Assembly (NCBI GenBank): GCA_964016885.1
Contig: OZ024741.1
Coordinates: 323,144,001-323,208,000, forward strand
Length of the DNA stretch: 64,000 nt
Source: Eledone cirrhosa
Taxonomy: Eukaryota
Direction of reading: 5' to 3'
A program made the position numbers and the translations under genes. The first letter of the stretch is position 1; the number at the start of each line of letters is the position of its first letter. Shown here piece by piece: positions 1-36,289 of this stretch. Below the pieces are notes generated by a model. That model saw nothing but the letters and a program-made list of their open reading frames with translations, did no database searches and was not told the origin of the DNA.

Positions 1-120
1 TTGAGTGGGGGGGGGGGGAATAAAGGTAGATAGGAGAACTGAGAGAGAGAAAGAGAGAGGGGGTAGGTAGAAGTGATGGGTGTATAGATAGATGAGAGAG
101 AAATGAGGATAGATTGATAG

Positions 121-175
<55 letters not shown>

Positions 176-2309
176 AAGAGAGAAAAAGGTAGATAGGTAG
201 GTAGAGAGAGGAGGTAGATAGACAGATAGAGAGAGAGATTAGTAAATACAGGCAGATAGAAATGATGGATGCATAGATAGAAAGGAGATGAGAAGATCAT
301 AAAATAGTAATAGAAATTAAGGCGACAAACTGACAGTTGTTAGGACATCAGATAGAATGCTTTGTGGTATTCCTTCCAGCTCTCTGCTCCCTGAATTCAA
401 ATCCCGTTGAGGTCAATTTTGCCTTTCATCCATTCGAGGTTGATAAAAACAATACCAGTCTAGTGCTGGAGACGTTTCTTCCTCTATGTGTCTCTTTCTC
501 TCTTCCTTTCTCTCACTCTCTATCCTTCTCTGGAAGAAATCTGCTTTACTCAGAACTGGAGAAGGATGGACTCTGCTAAGCTTTAAATGCCCAAGAAAAG
601 CCATATATCACTATGACTCCCTCAGGAATTACAGGTCCATACCATACCAATGGAAATTAAGTGAAAGATGTAGAGAAAGAATGGGAAAAAATTGTATAAC
701 TGAATCACAAAATGGTAAAGTAAATTAAATTAAGAAACAACTATGGACTCAAGGTCTTGTTGTTTTAAATGTTAACATTAAAGCATAAGCATTTTCAAGT
801 TCAAAACTTCTTCATCAGATGTTCTGTTTGTTATCTCATTGATCTTTGGATCTTTGGATCGACCAGACAATCAAATGTCCTTATACATCTCTTATCACAA
901 CTACTTTTATTCCTTTCATCAATGACTTGGCAAATTTTGTGCTTCCACACTTTTACTGTTCATTATTAAAATTTATGTAATTCCATGTGTTTAGCTTGCA
1001 CCTGTAGTTCATTGTGGATTTCAGTTATTTAATGAAATGTGCTTCTGCTGTTTGGATATTCCAATGAGACCTGTGTTTGTCATGTTACTTTGTGGTGTGA
1101 ACACAGTATGGCTGAATAGTTAAGAAGTTTTTTTCACATTCATTATATTCTGGGCTTAATCCCGCAGGATGACATCTTAGTCAAGTCTTATTTACTATAG
1201 CCTCAGGTCCACCAAAGACTTGTGAGTGAAATTGGGTAGATAGATACTGTTTGGAAGCCCTGCCTTGTCACACATTTAGTCATGGTAAAGAATTACATTA
1301 TGGGTAGATGTGTCTGTGGAATGCTCAGCCACTCACACATTAATTTCATAAGCAGGCTATTCTCTTAATTGAACAACTGGGAGACTCGTCATCGAAACTA
1401 CTGGCAGTCCATTTCATCCTATTGGTGTTGGAATACTACACTGGCTTAGATGTCTTGGATATTCTATGGTGTAACTGTCAACTGGGGGGTTTCATGTGCA
1501 TTTCTCTGTATTACATGCAAGATAACCTTTAATCAATACATTATATGTGCATACATCCATCCATTATCATCATCATCATCATCATTGTTGTTTCGTGTCT
1601 GTTTTTCCATCCTTGCATAGGTTAGACAATGGGTTACAATATACATCCCCACTTCCGTCTTTTGGTCAAAACTAGCCATGGGTTGCACATGGAAAGTACC
1701 TCTCCCAACAATGTTGTCCATGAGAAAGGCAAAGTCCACTACAGTTTGACACTAGTAATGAAGTGTAGTTTCTGTCTACCAAATTTCACTCTCAGGGTAT
1801 TGGTCCATCAGAAGCCATGTTTGTGTGTGTTATATGTACATGCATGCATGTGAATGTATATGCATGTTTATGCCTGTCTATATGTGTATGTATATGTGTG
1901 TGTATGTTATCTTTCTTTTGTGATCCAAATTAAATATAGTTCCTATATAAAAGAAAAGAGTAGTTGTCTACCAAAAAAACAAAGGTCTATCACTGATAAC
2001 ACAGTGGACTGAGTTGAACTTTAGAAAAGTCTAACTGTTCTGCTTATATGCTGGCTTCACAGAGTACATGTTATCTGATCTGTGTATGTATATGTGCATA
2101 TATGTAAGTGTGTGTGTATATATGTAAGTGTGTGTATGTATGTATATGTATATGTGCATGTGTATGCATGTGTGTATATGTATATATGTGTGTATGTATG
2201 TGTGCATACATATGTATGTGTATGTGCCTGTGTGCATATGAATGTGTGTATGTGCATATCTGTGTGTGTGGTTATATGTGTCAGTCTGTATGAATGTTTG
2301 TGCAGAATG

Positions 2310-24402
<22,093 letters not shown>

Positions 24403-24620
24403 CTGTCTGTCAGTATGTTTGTCTGTCTATCCACTATTGGTAGTCAGGTATTTCTATAATGGTAACTGGATTAATTCTGTTTCAATAGAGAGAAAGAAGA
24501 AGAGAGGGAGTGAGACAAAGAGAGAAAGAGGAAGAGAGGGAGTGAGACAAAGAGAGAAAGAGAAAGTCAGTTGTTGTCAGAGAGAAAGAGAAAAAAAGCA
24601 AGAGAAATAATGAATATGCA

Positions 24621-24672
<52 letters not shown>

Positions 24673-25712
24673 AGAGAGAGAGAGAGTCTATATGTGATGC
24701 ATATGGAAGATGGGAGTTGTATAAAGAAATACAGAGAAATCTGAGAGACTGAGAACCATGAAAGAGGCAGACACTGGAAGATATGGGATGAGGTAATGAA
24801 GACCGACCTTAAGAAGCTGAACCTCACAACTGAGATGACAAAAGACCATGAGATTTGGTGATATGCTGTATTGGAGAATATCCACCACCACTAGCACTCC
24901 TGAGTAGCTACCCTCACCAATAGACTCCCTAGCATTACTGCACACCCCCATTCTTTCCATACCCCCCTCCACTGTCACTTCTTAACTATTCTCACCATCA
25001 CTACATCCCCCCTCTAAATTCCTAACACACTTGTAGCTACTGCTACCCACCACCCCATAAAAGGTCACCTCTTCCCTCCTACTCTCACCATACCTGCTAT
25101 ACATACCTAACATTATACTTACCTTCCTTCTCTCCTTAGAGATGAGAGGGCACTTCAGTTGAGACAATAACTGACAACCTCTCTAGTACTGGTGTCACAA
25201 AAATGCACCCAATACACCCTGTAAGATTGCTAGGGATAGGAAGAACACCTTGCAATAGAAACCATGCCAAAATAAGTTTAGAGGACCCTCATGTTATGTC
25301 AACGATGCAACAACTTCTCTAGTATTGTTGATCTCCACAATAAATGTACATAGTACATGCTATAAAGTGACTGTTGACAGGAAGGGCATCCAGCTGTGGA
25401 AAGCTTAACAAACAAAGGGTTGGGAGGACTTTTCAGTTGTGTCAAAGACATGACAACTTCCTTAGTGTTGGTGATCTACATGATAAATGCACCCAATACA
25501 CTCTGATATACATTAAGTCTACCTTAAATTTTCCAATACATCTTTTTTTGTATGATTTAGTCTGAGAATGAACGTCAATACCTTTGATTGTTTTGCAGGG
25601 ACTTAATGACTGGTCGAGTGGAAAAGGGGGGAAGAAATTGTAGATCTGGTCTGACTACCTGAAATAGAATGGACTTTGGTAACTGCATGCAAGGGCCATA
25701 TGATGGTGTTAA

Positions 25713-25932
25713 CTCTTTAGCATTTAAACTGGCCATATCTGGCCAGAATTCTCTCTCCTCTTTCTGTTCAAACCAGCTGTAACCGGCTGCTCATACTGAT
25801 GTTAAGGTATTGTTCTAGAATTAAATAATATCAAAATCTCATAGATTCGATATTATGTGAGATAATTATGTGAGATAAAGCCTTTACCTTGAAAATACAG
25901 TAGTAAGTATAGAGTAATGTAATGCTAAAGGG
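25713..25932. mobile_element. piggyBac-like MITE (second copy)
   Basis: TTAA|CTCTTTAGCATT ... AATGCTAAAGGG|TTAA; reverse homologue of 2550-2758. Confidence 0.8.
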
Positions 25933-26423
25933 TTAAACAAGATAAAGGATTAAGTCTATTACCATATATACCTTAGTCAATAGTGTAGAGGTTGCAAGGT
26001 CTGAAGAGTAAAGTGTTGGTTATGCAATCTGTTGAGGTGTGGTATAGGGGTAGGGAACAGGAAATTAGTCTCCTCATTAATTAAACTCGTTAATATTTAC
26101 TAAAGTTGATCTGCAAGTAAATCTAGATTGATATTTCAGGAAAGAGCAACAAACTGAATCATTAATTAAACAAGGCAGGATATCAGAGGTGCAGCCACTG
26201 CACAGCTTCTGTATTGCGTAGTTTTACTGATGAAGGCTAAACAAATATCTTTTGACAAAACCTTAATAAGAGATTGACAATGTATTGACAATACATTAAA
26301 GGTGGAGGCAAGGTTGGGGAAGACTGAGGTAGGTCAAGGTAGAGGGTCGTAAGTACCAGATCACTGATGTCTCATTATTTAGCTAGGTATCAGTAATACT
26401 GCTTAAGTGTGTATGTATGTATG

Positions 26424-26480
<57 letters not shown>

Positions 26481-27247
26481 ATGTATGTATGTATGTATGT
26501 ATGTGACTATGTACATATATATGTATGTATATGTGTGTATGTAAGTATAAATGTATGTATGTATATATGAATGTGTGTATGTATGCATTTATGTATGTAT
26601 GTGTATGTATGTACGTATGTATGTACATATGTATGTGTAAGTATATGTATATGTGAGTATATTTATGTATGTATATATGTATGTGGGTATATGTATGTAT
26701 GTGTATGTGTGAGAATATGTATCTTTGTATGTGTATGTGTGTGTATGTACGTACATGTGTATGTATCAGGTAGCTCTAAAACACTACTAGTCACATGTAG
26801 CCCAGTACAACCTGTAACATGGACAGGACGATGGCAACTAAACCAGCGACCCCATCAAGCTTGCTTGGTGAGGACACCCTGCAGATTGAAAAACAAAACC
26901 TGTCAAAGGGCTGAGGAACTCAGGAGAATAATGATTATCCAATAGTGTGTGTAGATATGTATATGCTGTGGGTAGATATGTATATGCATATATATGTGTG
27001 TATGTATGACATCATCATCATCATCATCACTATTTAACGTCCATTTTTCCATGCTTGCATGGGTTAGACAGTTTGGGGCTGCAATCACATTTACTGTGTG
27101 GAACTGGATGCCACTGCTATGTGGAGGGAAGGCCAGTTGGTCATACTGAACCCTTCTTACAGTAGAACCCAATCCTTGAATGGAACTCACAACCTCTCAA
27201 TTTCAAGCCCAACGCTCTAACCACTAAGTTATGCACCATCACATATG

Positions 27248-27283
<36 letters not shown>

Positions 27284-27586
27284 AGTGTGTGTGTGTGTCT
27301 TGTTCAAGATATTCCATTTCACGCTACTCCAGCTCAATCAACTGTAGAAATGCACTGTGACGTCAATGGTTCCTTGCTGTATCAGCCACTGTCTTTCCCT
27401 GAACAAAATTGGTGATGTGAAGAGGGAGACCGAGGTTGACATATGCTGATGCCATAAGGACAGACATTGGTCTCTTGGACATACAGGACATGGTAGCGAT
27501 GATGAGGGACAGAGACCACTGGAGAGAATTCGTCCATGGATCTCGGGAATTTTACCTTCCCTAGACACATATATATATACACACAT

Positions 27587-27651
<65 letters not shown>

Positions 27652-27817
27652 AGCAAAAGGGATATTCAATTTGTTGGTAATTCAACAAATATAAATGTTT
27701 ATAACTGACTTTATATTTTACTTTTCTTCTCTTTCCCTTCTTTCCTTTACTATCCAGGAAAAACTTGAACCGTTAAGATATTCTTCCTGGTTATGTCAAT
27801 ATTTATAAAACAAACTT

Positions 27818-27880
27818 TGTATTTTATCTGATGAGGGCGTACCAAAGTTTTGGTACCCTTGAAATATATATAATAGAATA
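27818..27880 (+). ncRNA. Minimal type I hammerhead ribozyme motif in a Penelope-like end (27650-27925)
   Basis: tattttat-CTGATGA-gggcGTACCAAagttTTGGTACcctt-GAAA-tatata-ta-atagaata. Stems I and II pair; stem III is palindromic. Confidence 0.8.
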
Positions 27881-28107
27881 AATATGGTTTTATAAATATA
27901 GTTTCCATTTATTTAATATCATTGTATATGAAGACAGCATATATATGTGTAGGTATGTATATTCCGTCTGATAGTTTGGAAAGATTTTACATAGATCTAT
28001 ATGATATACATACCAACACACACATATATATCCTAGAAACGATCGTAAAATGATGAATTTTTTAATATAAGGAACTGTTTCTTTGTTTTTATTCATTATT
28101 TTTATTA

Positions 28108-28167
<60 letters not shown>

Positions 28168-28295
28168 AGAAATACTTTAATTTTTATAAACAGACTCAAA
28201 TGAAATCGACCACATCATAGAAAGGAAATACATTTTTAACTGTTAATTTCATTCTCTCTCTCACCCAGACTCTCTCTTCATCTTTCTTCATCTAT

Positions 28296-29020
28296 CAGAT
28301 AAGGCTGGATCAAATCAGACTGGATTACATCAGATTGTACAGATATTAATTTATCCCATTCAGTCCAGTCTGACCCAGCCTAATACAGTCTGATCTGACC
28401 TGACCCATTTTGATCCAATCCAGACCATTTTTTTCCAGTCCAAGCTGATGTGATTTAGCCCAATCTTGTACAAAGCAATCAAATCTGATCTGGTCAGATC
28501 CAATCCAGCCCAATCTGGTCCAGAGCAATCTGATCCAGCCTGATCTCGATCTGATCCGATCCGGTTTGATACAATCTGGTCTAATCCAATCTAGTTTGAT
28601 CCGATCTGGTTTGATCTGAACCAGTTTGATCCAATCTGATCTGATCTGATCCAGTTTGATCCGGTCCAGTCTTATCTGATCCAATGCGATCCGATTTGAT
28701 CTGATCCAGTCTGGTCTGATCCAGTCCAGTTTGATGTGTTCCTGTTTGATTTGATCTGGTTCGATTTGATCCGATTCGGTTTGCTCTTATCCGGGATGAT
28801 CCAATCCATTTTGGTCTGATCAGGTTTGATCCAATCCGTTTTGATCCGATCCAGTCTGGTCCAGTTTGATCTGGTCTGATCTAATTTGATCTGACCTGAA
28901 CCAATTTGATCCAATCCAGTTTGATTTGATCCAGTCCAGTTTAATCTGATCCAGTTTGATCCAATCCGGTCTGGTCAGTTTTAGCCAATCCAGTCTGATC
29001 AGAATTGGACTGGATCAGGC
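28296..29020. repeat. Degenerate 5-bp-period satellite (CTGAT/CCAAT/CCAGT/TTGAT)
   Basis: ~720 bp of pentamer-phased repeats, very rich in GATC. Confidence 0.9.
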
Positions 29021-29124
29021 CATTATATATGTGTATATATATATATATCACAGAGTCATGTATATGTATATATATCTCTGTATGTATATATATATATATA
29101 TATATATAATGCACGCAGACATTT

Positions 29125-32100
29125 AAATACACGATTTGGTGCCCAAGCATTTGGTTAACCCACAGGGAGTGAAAGACTCCTGATCCTTGTTACGACATAA
29201 TTCTAGAAGAAGGAAAACTCTGATAAAAAACCTGCAACTTGATGACAGCGAATGATATTGACATGTTCTTCTTTTTGGAAACTGGTCACTGTTGTTCAGA
29301 GAGTGGGATTGGTCCTGAGCAAGACCTTTCTTCACTTAAAAACCTTCAAGCACATGCATCACATGATCTAAATATCTTTCACATGCGTTGCATGAGCATG
29401 GCTTGCCATAGCCAAAAAAGGCAAAATACTTAAAAACAATGAACTCAAACATGGTGTCTTAGTCAATAGCAATAAGGTCTCAGGAACAAGAACTGAATGA
29501 TTCTGGCTTGGCAAGTGACCCAGGACACTGCAGCCTGAGCCCAGTCATGCAGCTATTGAGAGAAAATCAAAACCAACCTTTTTAATATTGCATGCTAGAA
29601 TGTTCAGACATTATTAAACTATGAACATACACCATTTCAGCCCCAAAAAAGATCAGCTCTTGTGGTGAAAGAGCATCAATGTTATAACAGGGATGTTGTA
29701 GCTTTATCGGAAACCAGGTTTGTTGAGGAGGGTCATTTTCAAGAATAGTCAAGAGGGTACACTTTTTATTGGAGTGGAAAGTCAGAAGGATGAAAGAGTG
29801 AGGTTAGAGTGGCATTTGTTGTTAAAAATACAATTGATTCCAGAATCGATGAGTTTCCCTATGGCTTCTCTGATCAGCTCATTTCTATGATGGTTCCACT
29901 ATCCAAAAATAGGTATGTTACATTTGTGAATATATATGTTCCAACTATGTGTGCTATGGAAGACAAAGAACATGTCCAGGAGATCCTTTGATCTGATAAA
30001 ATTCTCATACTTGGGGATTTTAACACTAGGGTTCAAAGGGACCACAGAACATGGGATGTAATTGGAAAATGTAATAGCAATGGCTTGTACCTCCGTCAAA
30101 TGTGCTAAGTCTTTATATAGCTAACACTTTCATCCAGCACAAGGAGAAGCAAAAGACAACCTGGATGCACCGCACCTATCTTCAAAGCAGTGGATCTTGA
30201 TAGATTTTGTTCTTGCACATAGGTGTGATTTTTGAGATATCTGTGAAGTCTGAGTGTTGCATAGAGCTGAGTACTAGAAAGACCATCATCTTGTTCACAT
30301 TAAGGTAAAATTTGTGGTAAAGCCAAAAATACAAGTAAACTGTGTTGTTCCAAAGTAATTGAATATTGTTCTGATTAAAAATACTTTAATAAAGGATCAA
30401 CTGGTGAGAAGATTAGACAAAATTCAATGCGATGTCATGGGAAGATTTCAAAATTTCAGTTTATGATACTTCAGCATTTGTTCTTGGTTTTATTGATAGG
30501 AAACATCAAGATTGGTTTGATGAAAATGAGGAAGAGATTCAAATGCTACTTAATGAAAAGAAGACAGCAATGATGAGAGTGCTTACAGGAGCAAGGAGCT
30601 GGAAGGACTGAAATATGTTGTTGAAGGAGGTGAAGACTAACTTACAGAGCAAGCTCAATAACATGCATGATGCATGGTGGAGACGTAAAGTGAAGGAGGT
30701 TCAGGTTGTAGCTGATACCAACAACACAAAGATACTTTACACCTTATTACAAGAAGTCTAATGTCCTTATTCTTCTCCAATAGCACCTCTGAAATGTCAA
30801 AATGGCAACAAATTGTTTAGAGAAACCAAAGGCCATCCTTTTGAGGAGGCAACATCATCATCGTCATCATTTTACGTCCGCTTTTCCCTGCTTGCAAGGG
30901 TGGGACAAACACTTCAATTAATTTTTGAATTGGCCTTCTCAAGTCAATGGGGAGTTTATTGACTCAATTCCTAGTTGACCAATAAATTATGTACTAGCAG
31001 AAAGTCATACTTTGGAGGAAGTGGAAGTGACTGTAAAAAACTCAATAACAGAAAATCACCAGAGAAGGATGGTATTTGTGCTGATATATTGAAATGTGGA
31101 AGTTGAAACATTCTTTGACTTCTTACAAATCTGATGCGTAAGGCTTGGTAGGAGGAAATTATTCCCCAAGTCTGGAAAGCTGCATCGATGGTGATGCTTT
31201 ATAAAGGAAAAGGTGTAAAGGATGATTGTGGTAATTATTGTTGGGTAACTCTCCTGTCATTTGAGGGAAAAATCTCGTGCTGGAAAGATTGCTTGATAAC
31301 ATCACTGGCAATGTTCTTCCTGACAAACACCCTTGATGATGAAATCTATGACTAAAGAAAGCAAGTGATTCTTTTAGTAAATTAGATAGGTGTCTCTGAT
31401 GTCAACACAGCATTTCCATTGATACAAAGTTAAAGGTATACATAATATGTGTATTATCTTCATTGTTGTATACATGTGAAATTTTAAAATGCTTGAACAT
31501 TTTCATTAACAGTATCTTCACCAAATACTCAGTATCCATTAACAATCATATATGAGTGATGTTGAAGTGCAAGAATGAAATCATTTTAAAAGTATTGAAT
31601 CTCTCATAATCCGACATTGATTGCACTGGCAAAGCCATGTTGTAAGAATGCCAGTTCATTGTATTCTTAAGCAGTTACTATATGGGAAGTTAGTCAAAGG
31701 CAAATGGCCAAGGCATAAACCAAAGGTCAGGTATAAAGACTGCATCAAAAGAGCTTTGATAAAGTGAAAAATCAGAGAAGATAACTTGGAAGACATTGCT
31801 TTGGACCAATCATCTTGGAGGAAAACACTGTTTAATGGAAAACAGGAATTTGAAAAAATCTTGTGTGGGGCATGAAAAATTAAAGAGTGGTCTGCATAAC
31901 GTTCTACACGTCATTGCTTTATTTGAATTTTCAGATACTCAAAATGACTATGTACAATGAGTGTGGTCAGATTTGCCTCAATAGGGCTGGTCTTAGAAGT
32001 CATCATAGAAGCTAAGTACAATATGTTTCCAATTATGGTCTCTGGCAATTTTTCCTGTCGAAATTGTGAAAAACAATGTGATGGTTGGTGAATCATGTCA

Positions 32101-32262
32101 TTTGAAAACTCATCAAAACAAAACAGGGAACCAAAGTAAAAGTAACGTTCATCAGTGCAGCATAGGCAGAAAGGGATGTATTTCATTGACCTGTCTAAAG
32201 AGTGATGTTCGCGCCACCCATGTGTGAGAGGCAATTCTTGAAATCGAGAGAGAGGCATCATG
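29125..32262 (+). mobile_element. Old, heavily degraded RTE/BovB-like LINE (5' UTR, AP endonuclease, partial RT, 3' end)
   Basis: LNIAC*NVQTLL, DVVALSETRF, GYTFYWSGK, LILGDFNTRV, KHQDWFDEN, LYKGKG, KQLLYGKL remnants with many stops. Confidence 0.82.
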
Positions 32263-33076
32263 TATGTTTTTGTATGTATGTATGCATGTATTAATTAGCA
32301 AGAGCACTAACACAGCATAGTTCAAAATAAAGATGTATATACAGACCGATATACAATGTGTTTATGTGTATTTAACACACATATAGTATCACTTTGAATA
32401 TTTTAAGCTGTAATATTACCACAGATAGACGATGTTACATGAATGTTCAGGTAACTGTGATATTATCACAGCTTAAAATACTTTATGTGTGTTTATTATA
32501 AACAAACATATTGTATTTGGATCTGTTTATATGTCTCTAATGAGTATGTATATATATGTATGTATGTGAATGTATGTGAATGTATGTATATGTATGTATG
32601 TATCTATGTATGTATGCATATATATGTATATGTATATGTGTGTGTGTATGTATGTATCAATGTATATATATATATATATGTATATGTATGTATCTGTTTA
32701 CCTGTGTTTGTGTATGTTCACTCTTTAAAGTTCTTGGTGTTAGGAAAGGCATCTAGATATAGAAACAATACCAAATATAGGGTTGAGGTGACTCTTCAGT
32801 TGTATCTAGAACATAACAACCTCCCTAATGCTGGGGACATGAAAAATGCATTTAATACACACTGTAAAATAATGAATGGCATAAGGGGCATCCAGCTATA
32901 GAGAAGCTCCCAATGGTGGAAAGTATGTAAGTGAGACGTAGCTCCCAGCCCATCTAGTAGGACAGAAGTTATGATGAAGTACTGACTTGGCTTGTGATGA
33001 CCCATCCAGCCTATGATACCAACATGGAGGAATGGGTGTTAATTGAGGATGATAATAATGATGATGGTGGTGGTGA

Positions 33077-33113
<37 letters not shown>

Positions 33114-33495
33114 TATATAGATGTTATCTTCAAGTAAACATCTATAAAACAAAAACACAAAACAACAACATTATATAAGTACAAGGTTCTACAGTCAAAC
33201 AATAGATTTGTGATAAAACCGTTTTCAATGAGTGTAACAGCTGAATATGGGTGGAGAAGTCACCTGTGCAGAAAATTCTCTACTTTCTTTTATCTATGTG
33301 GAAATTAAAGGTAAGATATGAAGGTAAGATATACAGTAGAGGATATATATGGAAGTCAGTCATACAATGTAATGAATACAGGTAATGAATTCATAAATAA
33401 AATAGGACTCGCAATTAGATGTTACCATATAGAAATCATAAAATAAGGTCTGGGAATTTGGTTTTAGAAATACACACATATATATATATACATAT

Positions 33496-33670
33496 ATATC
33501 ACATAAGAAACGGAGAATCAGTGGTGTGACGAATAAATGTCTAATAAATTTTATTCGTCACACCACTGATTCTCTGTTTCTTATGTGATATTATACTCTG
33601 CTCTGTAAGAGCATCGAGTGCTCAAACGGCCTACCGCTTACGGACGCTTTAAGCATCCCACACCAATTAT
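33496..33670 (+). mobile_element. Short element in (TA)n: 42-bp-arm hairpin plus shared ACTCT...GAGCATCGAGTGCTC tail
   Basis: 33496-33537 vs 33550-33591 inverted (1 mismatch). Tail homologous to 49774-49850. Confidence 0.65.
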
Positions 33671-33722
33671 ATACATATATTTATATATATATACACATAT
33701 ATACATATATATATAGAGAGAG

Positions 33723-33926
33723 AATGTGGTCGTCTAATATAAATGACTACAATAATAGTCAGTCACTATAAATAATAGTTGAGAAAATTGGGCAAAGTAT
33801 ACCTGGACACAGGAGCCTAATGTTCAAATGTTTTCTGTTTCTAGGGGTTCTTTACCCAAATTTCTCAACTATTATTTATAATGATCAGATATTATTATAG
33901 TAATTTACGTTGGGACGACTACATTT
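33723..33926. repeat. Degenerate ~75-bp-arm inverted repeat between microsatellites
   Basis: TATAAATAATAGTTGAGAAA (33767-33786) vs TTTCTCAACTATTATTTATA (33861-33880), extending outward with mismatches. Confidence 0.75.
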
Positions 33927-33961
33927 CAAATTTATCTGATATTTCTTAAATCAACCAAATA

Positions 33962-34014
<53 letters not shown>

Positions 34015-34015
<1 letters not shown>

Positions 34016-34230
34016 AAAAGTAAACAGAAATAACAACACAATCGATACAGTATATGGAAGGGATATATTAGGTTAATGCTTGATATAGCAGGAAGAGAGT
34101 CTTAATGTTTCGGACGCTAGTCCTTCATCAAAAGAAAGAATGAGAAATAAGATAGATTGAGGGAACGGACGGGATGGAATTGGAAAAAATGTCTTTAGAT
34201 AAAAATAACAGGTTCATTCATGTTGACATC
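34015..34230 (-). mobile_element. Penelope 3' end fragment with hammerhead motif
   Basis: Reverse homologue of 9040-9225 + 11139-11195. TTGATGA-aGGActagcgTCC-GAAA at 34131-34108. Confidence 0.8.
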
Positions 34231-34303
34231 TTTTATATATATATAAACCCATGCTAGCATGGAAGATGGACGTTAAACGATGATGATGATGATATATATA
34301 TAT

Positions 34304-34345
<42 letters not shown>

Positions 34346-34399
34346 TTAGTTCTACAATAGATTAGCAAATCATACTCGAGGTCTTTGTTGTGGAACTAA

Positions 34400-36010
34400 C
34401 TCTATACTGAACTCGTCCTCTGGACTGAGTGCTCTACTTACTATGGATATAACCTCCCAGTTTTTACCACTCTATATATATAAACGCTTTTCTTGATAGG
34501 AAATGATGGGGTGGGAGGAGAAGGCATTCTATTAATACTAGCTAAGAAGTAGATAGATAAGGTAACTGAAGTAGTTAGAGTAAGTGGCAGAATTATCAAG
34601 CTCAGAATAATCATAGGCAATAGATTGACAACAATTATCATTACCTATGTACCACAAGCAGGACTAAGTAAGGAACAAAAGGACCACTTCTATGAGGAAC
34701 TTTTACAGACAACCTCAGTTACAGATGATAGAGACCTTATCATTTTACCTGGCAATTTCAATGGATATGTTGGGCAGCAAAAATATGTCTACACTGGAGT
34801 ATATGGTAGCTTTGGCTATGGCTCAAGAAATGAAGGAACAAAGCTTCTAGAATTCTGTGAGCATTTGAACTAACTACATACAACACCAATTTCAGAAGAC
34901 CATCCAGCTATCTAATCACCTATCAATCAGGTGATCACACAAGCCAAATTGACTTTTACTTGTTAGAAGATAGGATAGACTGATGATTACAAATACTAAT
35001 ACCTTCCCCAGAGAAGAATCAACCATACAACACATTAGTTATTTGTTTTTATGCCAGGGAGAAGCATTTGTCTTAGTGAGACAACTACAAGGGAGGTTCT
35101 TAGCTAAATATAAACCACTACATCCATCTTTTGTCGATTAAAAGAAAGCCTTTGGTAGAGTATCATGATTTGTAATCTGGTGGTCCCTAAGAAAACTATG
35201 CATCGAAGAATGTCTTGTGAGAGAAATGCAAACCATGTACAAAGAGGCTGTCCATAAAATGAGAGTAGGTAATAAGTGGTGGGATAGTAGGCAGACTAAC
35301 AGGGAAAGAAAACTTTGATGTGACAAATGCACATAGCTAGTTGGTATATAAGAGCATTAGTGAAATAAAGTTTTCCAATCCTTGGGAGAATCCATAGAAG
35401 TGGTTGATAGCTTCTGCTACCTAGGTGATATAATCAGCAATGGAGTAGGTTGTTCAAGAGCATAGCAGCTAGAATAAGAACAAGATGGAGAAAATTTAGG
35501 AAACTACTACCTCTGTTGAAAACAAAAGTTTACTCTCTACAGACAAAAGGCTGGCTGTATGATACTTGTGTGTGATGCATGATGTTGCATGGTCTGAGAC
35601 ATGGATAGTGAATGCTGAGAATATGCAAAGGCTGGAGAGAAATGAAGCAAGCATACCTGCACATTCATACAAGTATCTGCAATATTAATATGCATGAACA
35701 ACAAAGCAAGGATGAGCTGAAAGAAAAGTTGTTTATAAGAGGAATCAGATGTAGTGTGAGGAGAGAAGACTGCATTGGTAAGGACATGTGATATGTATAG
35801 ATGATGATTGTTGTGTGAAGAAGTACCAAGAAATCCCAGTGGAAGAACACTACAGTAGAGAAAGACCAAGGAAAACTTGTGCAGAAGTTGTGATCTCGAT
35901 TTGCTAAAGCTCTGAGAGGTGATGATGAAGGCCTGCAACAAGTGGAGGGCTACTATGCTGGAAAAGACCTACCTAACTGATACAAACATGGAAAAGCAAA
36001 CTTAAAACAA
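34400..36010 (+). mobile_element. Degraded RTE LINE (endonuclease and RT remnants)
   Basis: YVPQAGL, GNFNGYVG, GYGSRNEG..LLEFCE, then RT/C-terminal remnants with deletions. Confidence 0.75.
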
Positions 36011-36289
36011 TGATCTTGTGGTAAACAGGTGAAACTCCAGAGTAACATGACTCACTTTTTAGCCTTAATAATAATGTATATACATATATTCAAAAGTATT
36101 TAAAGAAAATCAATCTACTTTCATTAAAAACAGTTCTAATCACTTACAATTGGTAAACTGTGAAATGAATTTGCCTAAGTATAGCAAATGATCAACTTGT
36201 TTTCATTAATTAACAGACTTCGAGTGATTCATATAGACACAAAATACCTTTCTCCAAGCAGGGAAAAGCGGATGTAAAATGATGATGAT

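Noticed and set aside
28346-29150. Pentapeptide-repeat-like ORFs (DQIRLDRIKL...)
   Set aside because: The periodicity comes from a 5-bp DNA repeat; frames are interrupted and there are no convincing splice signals.
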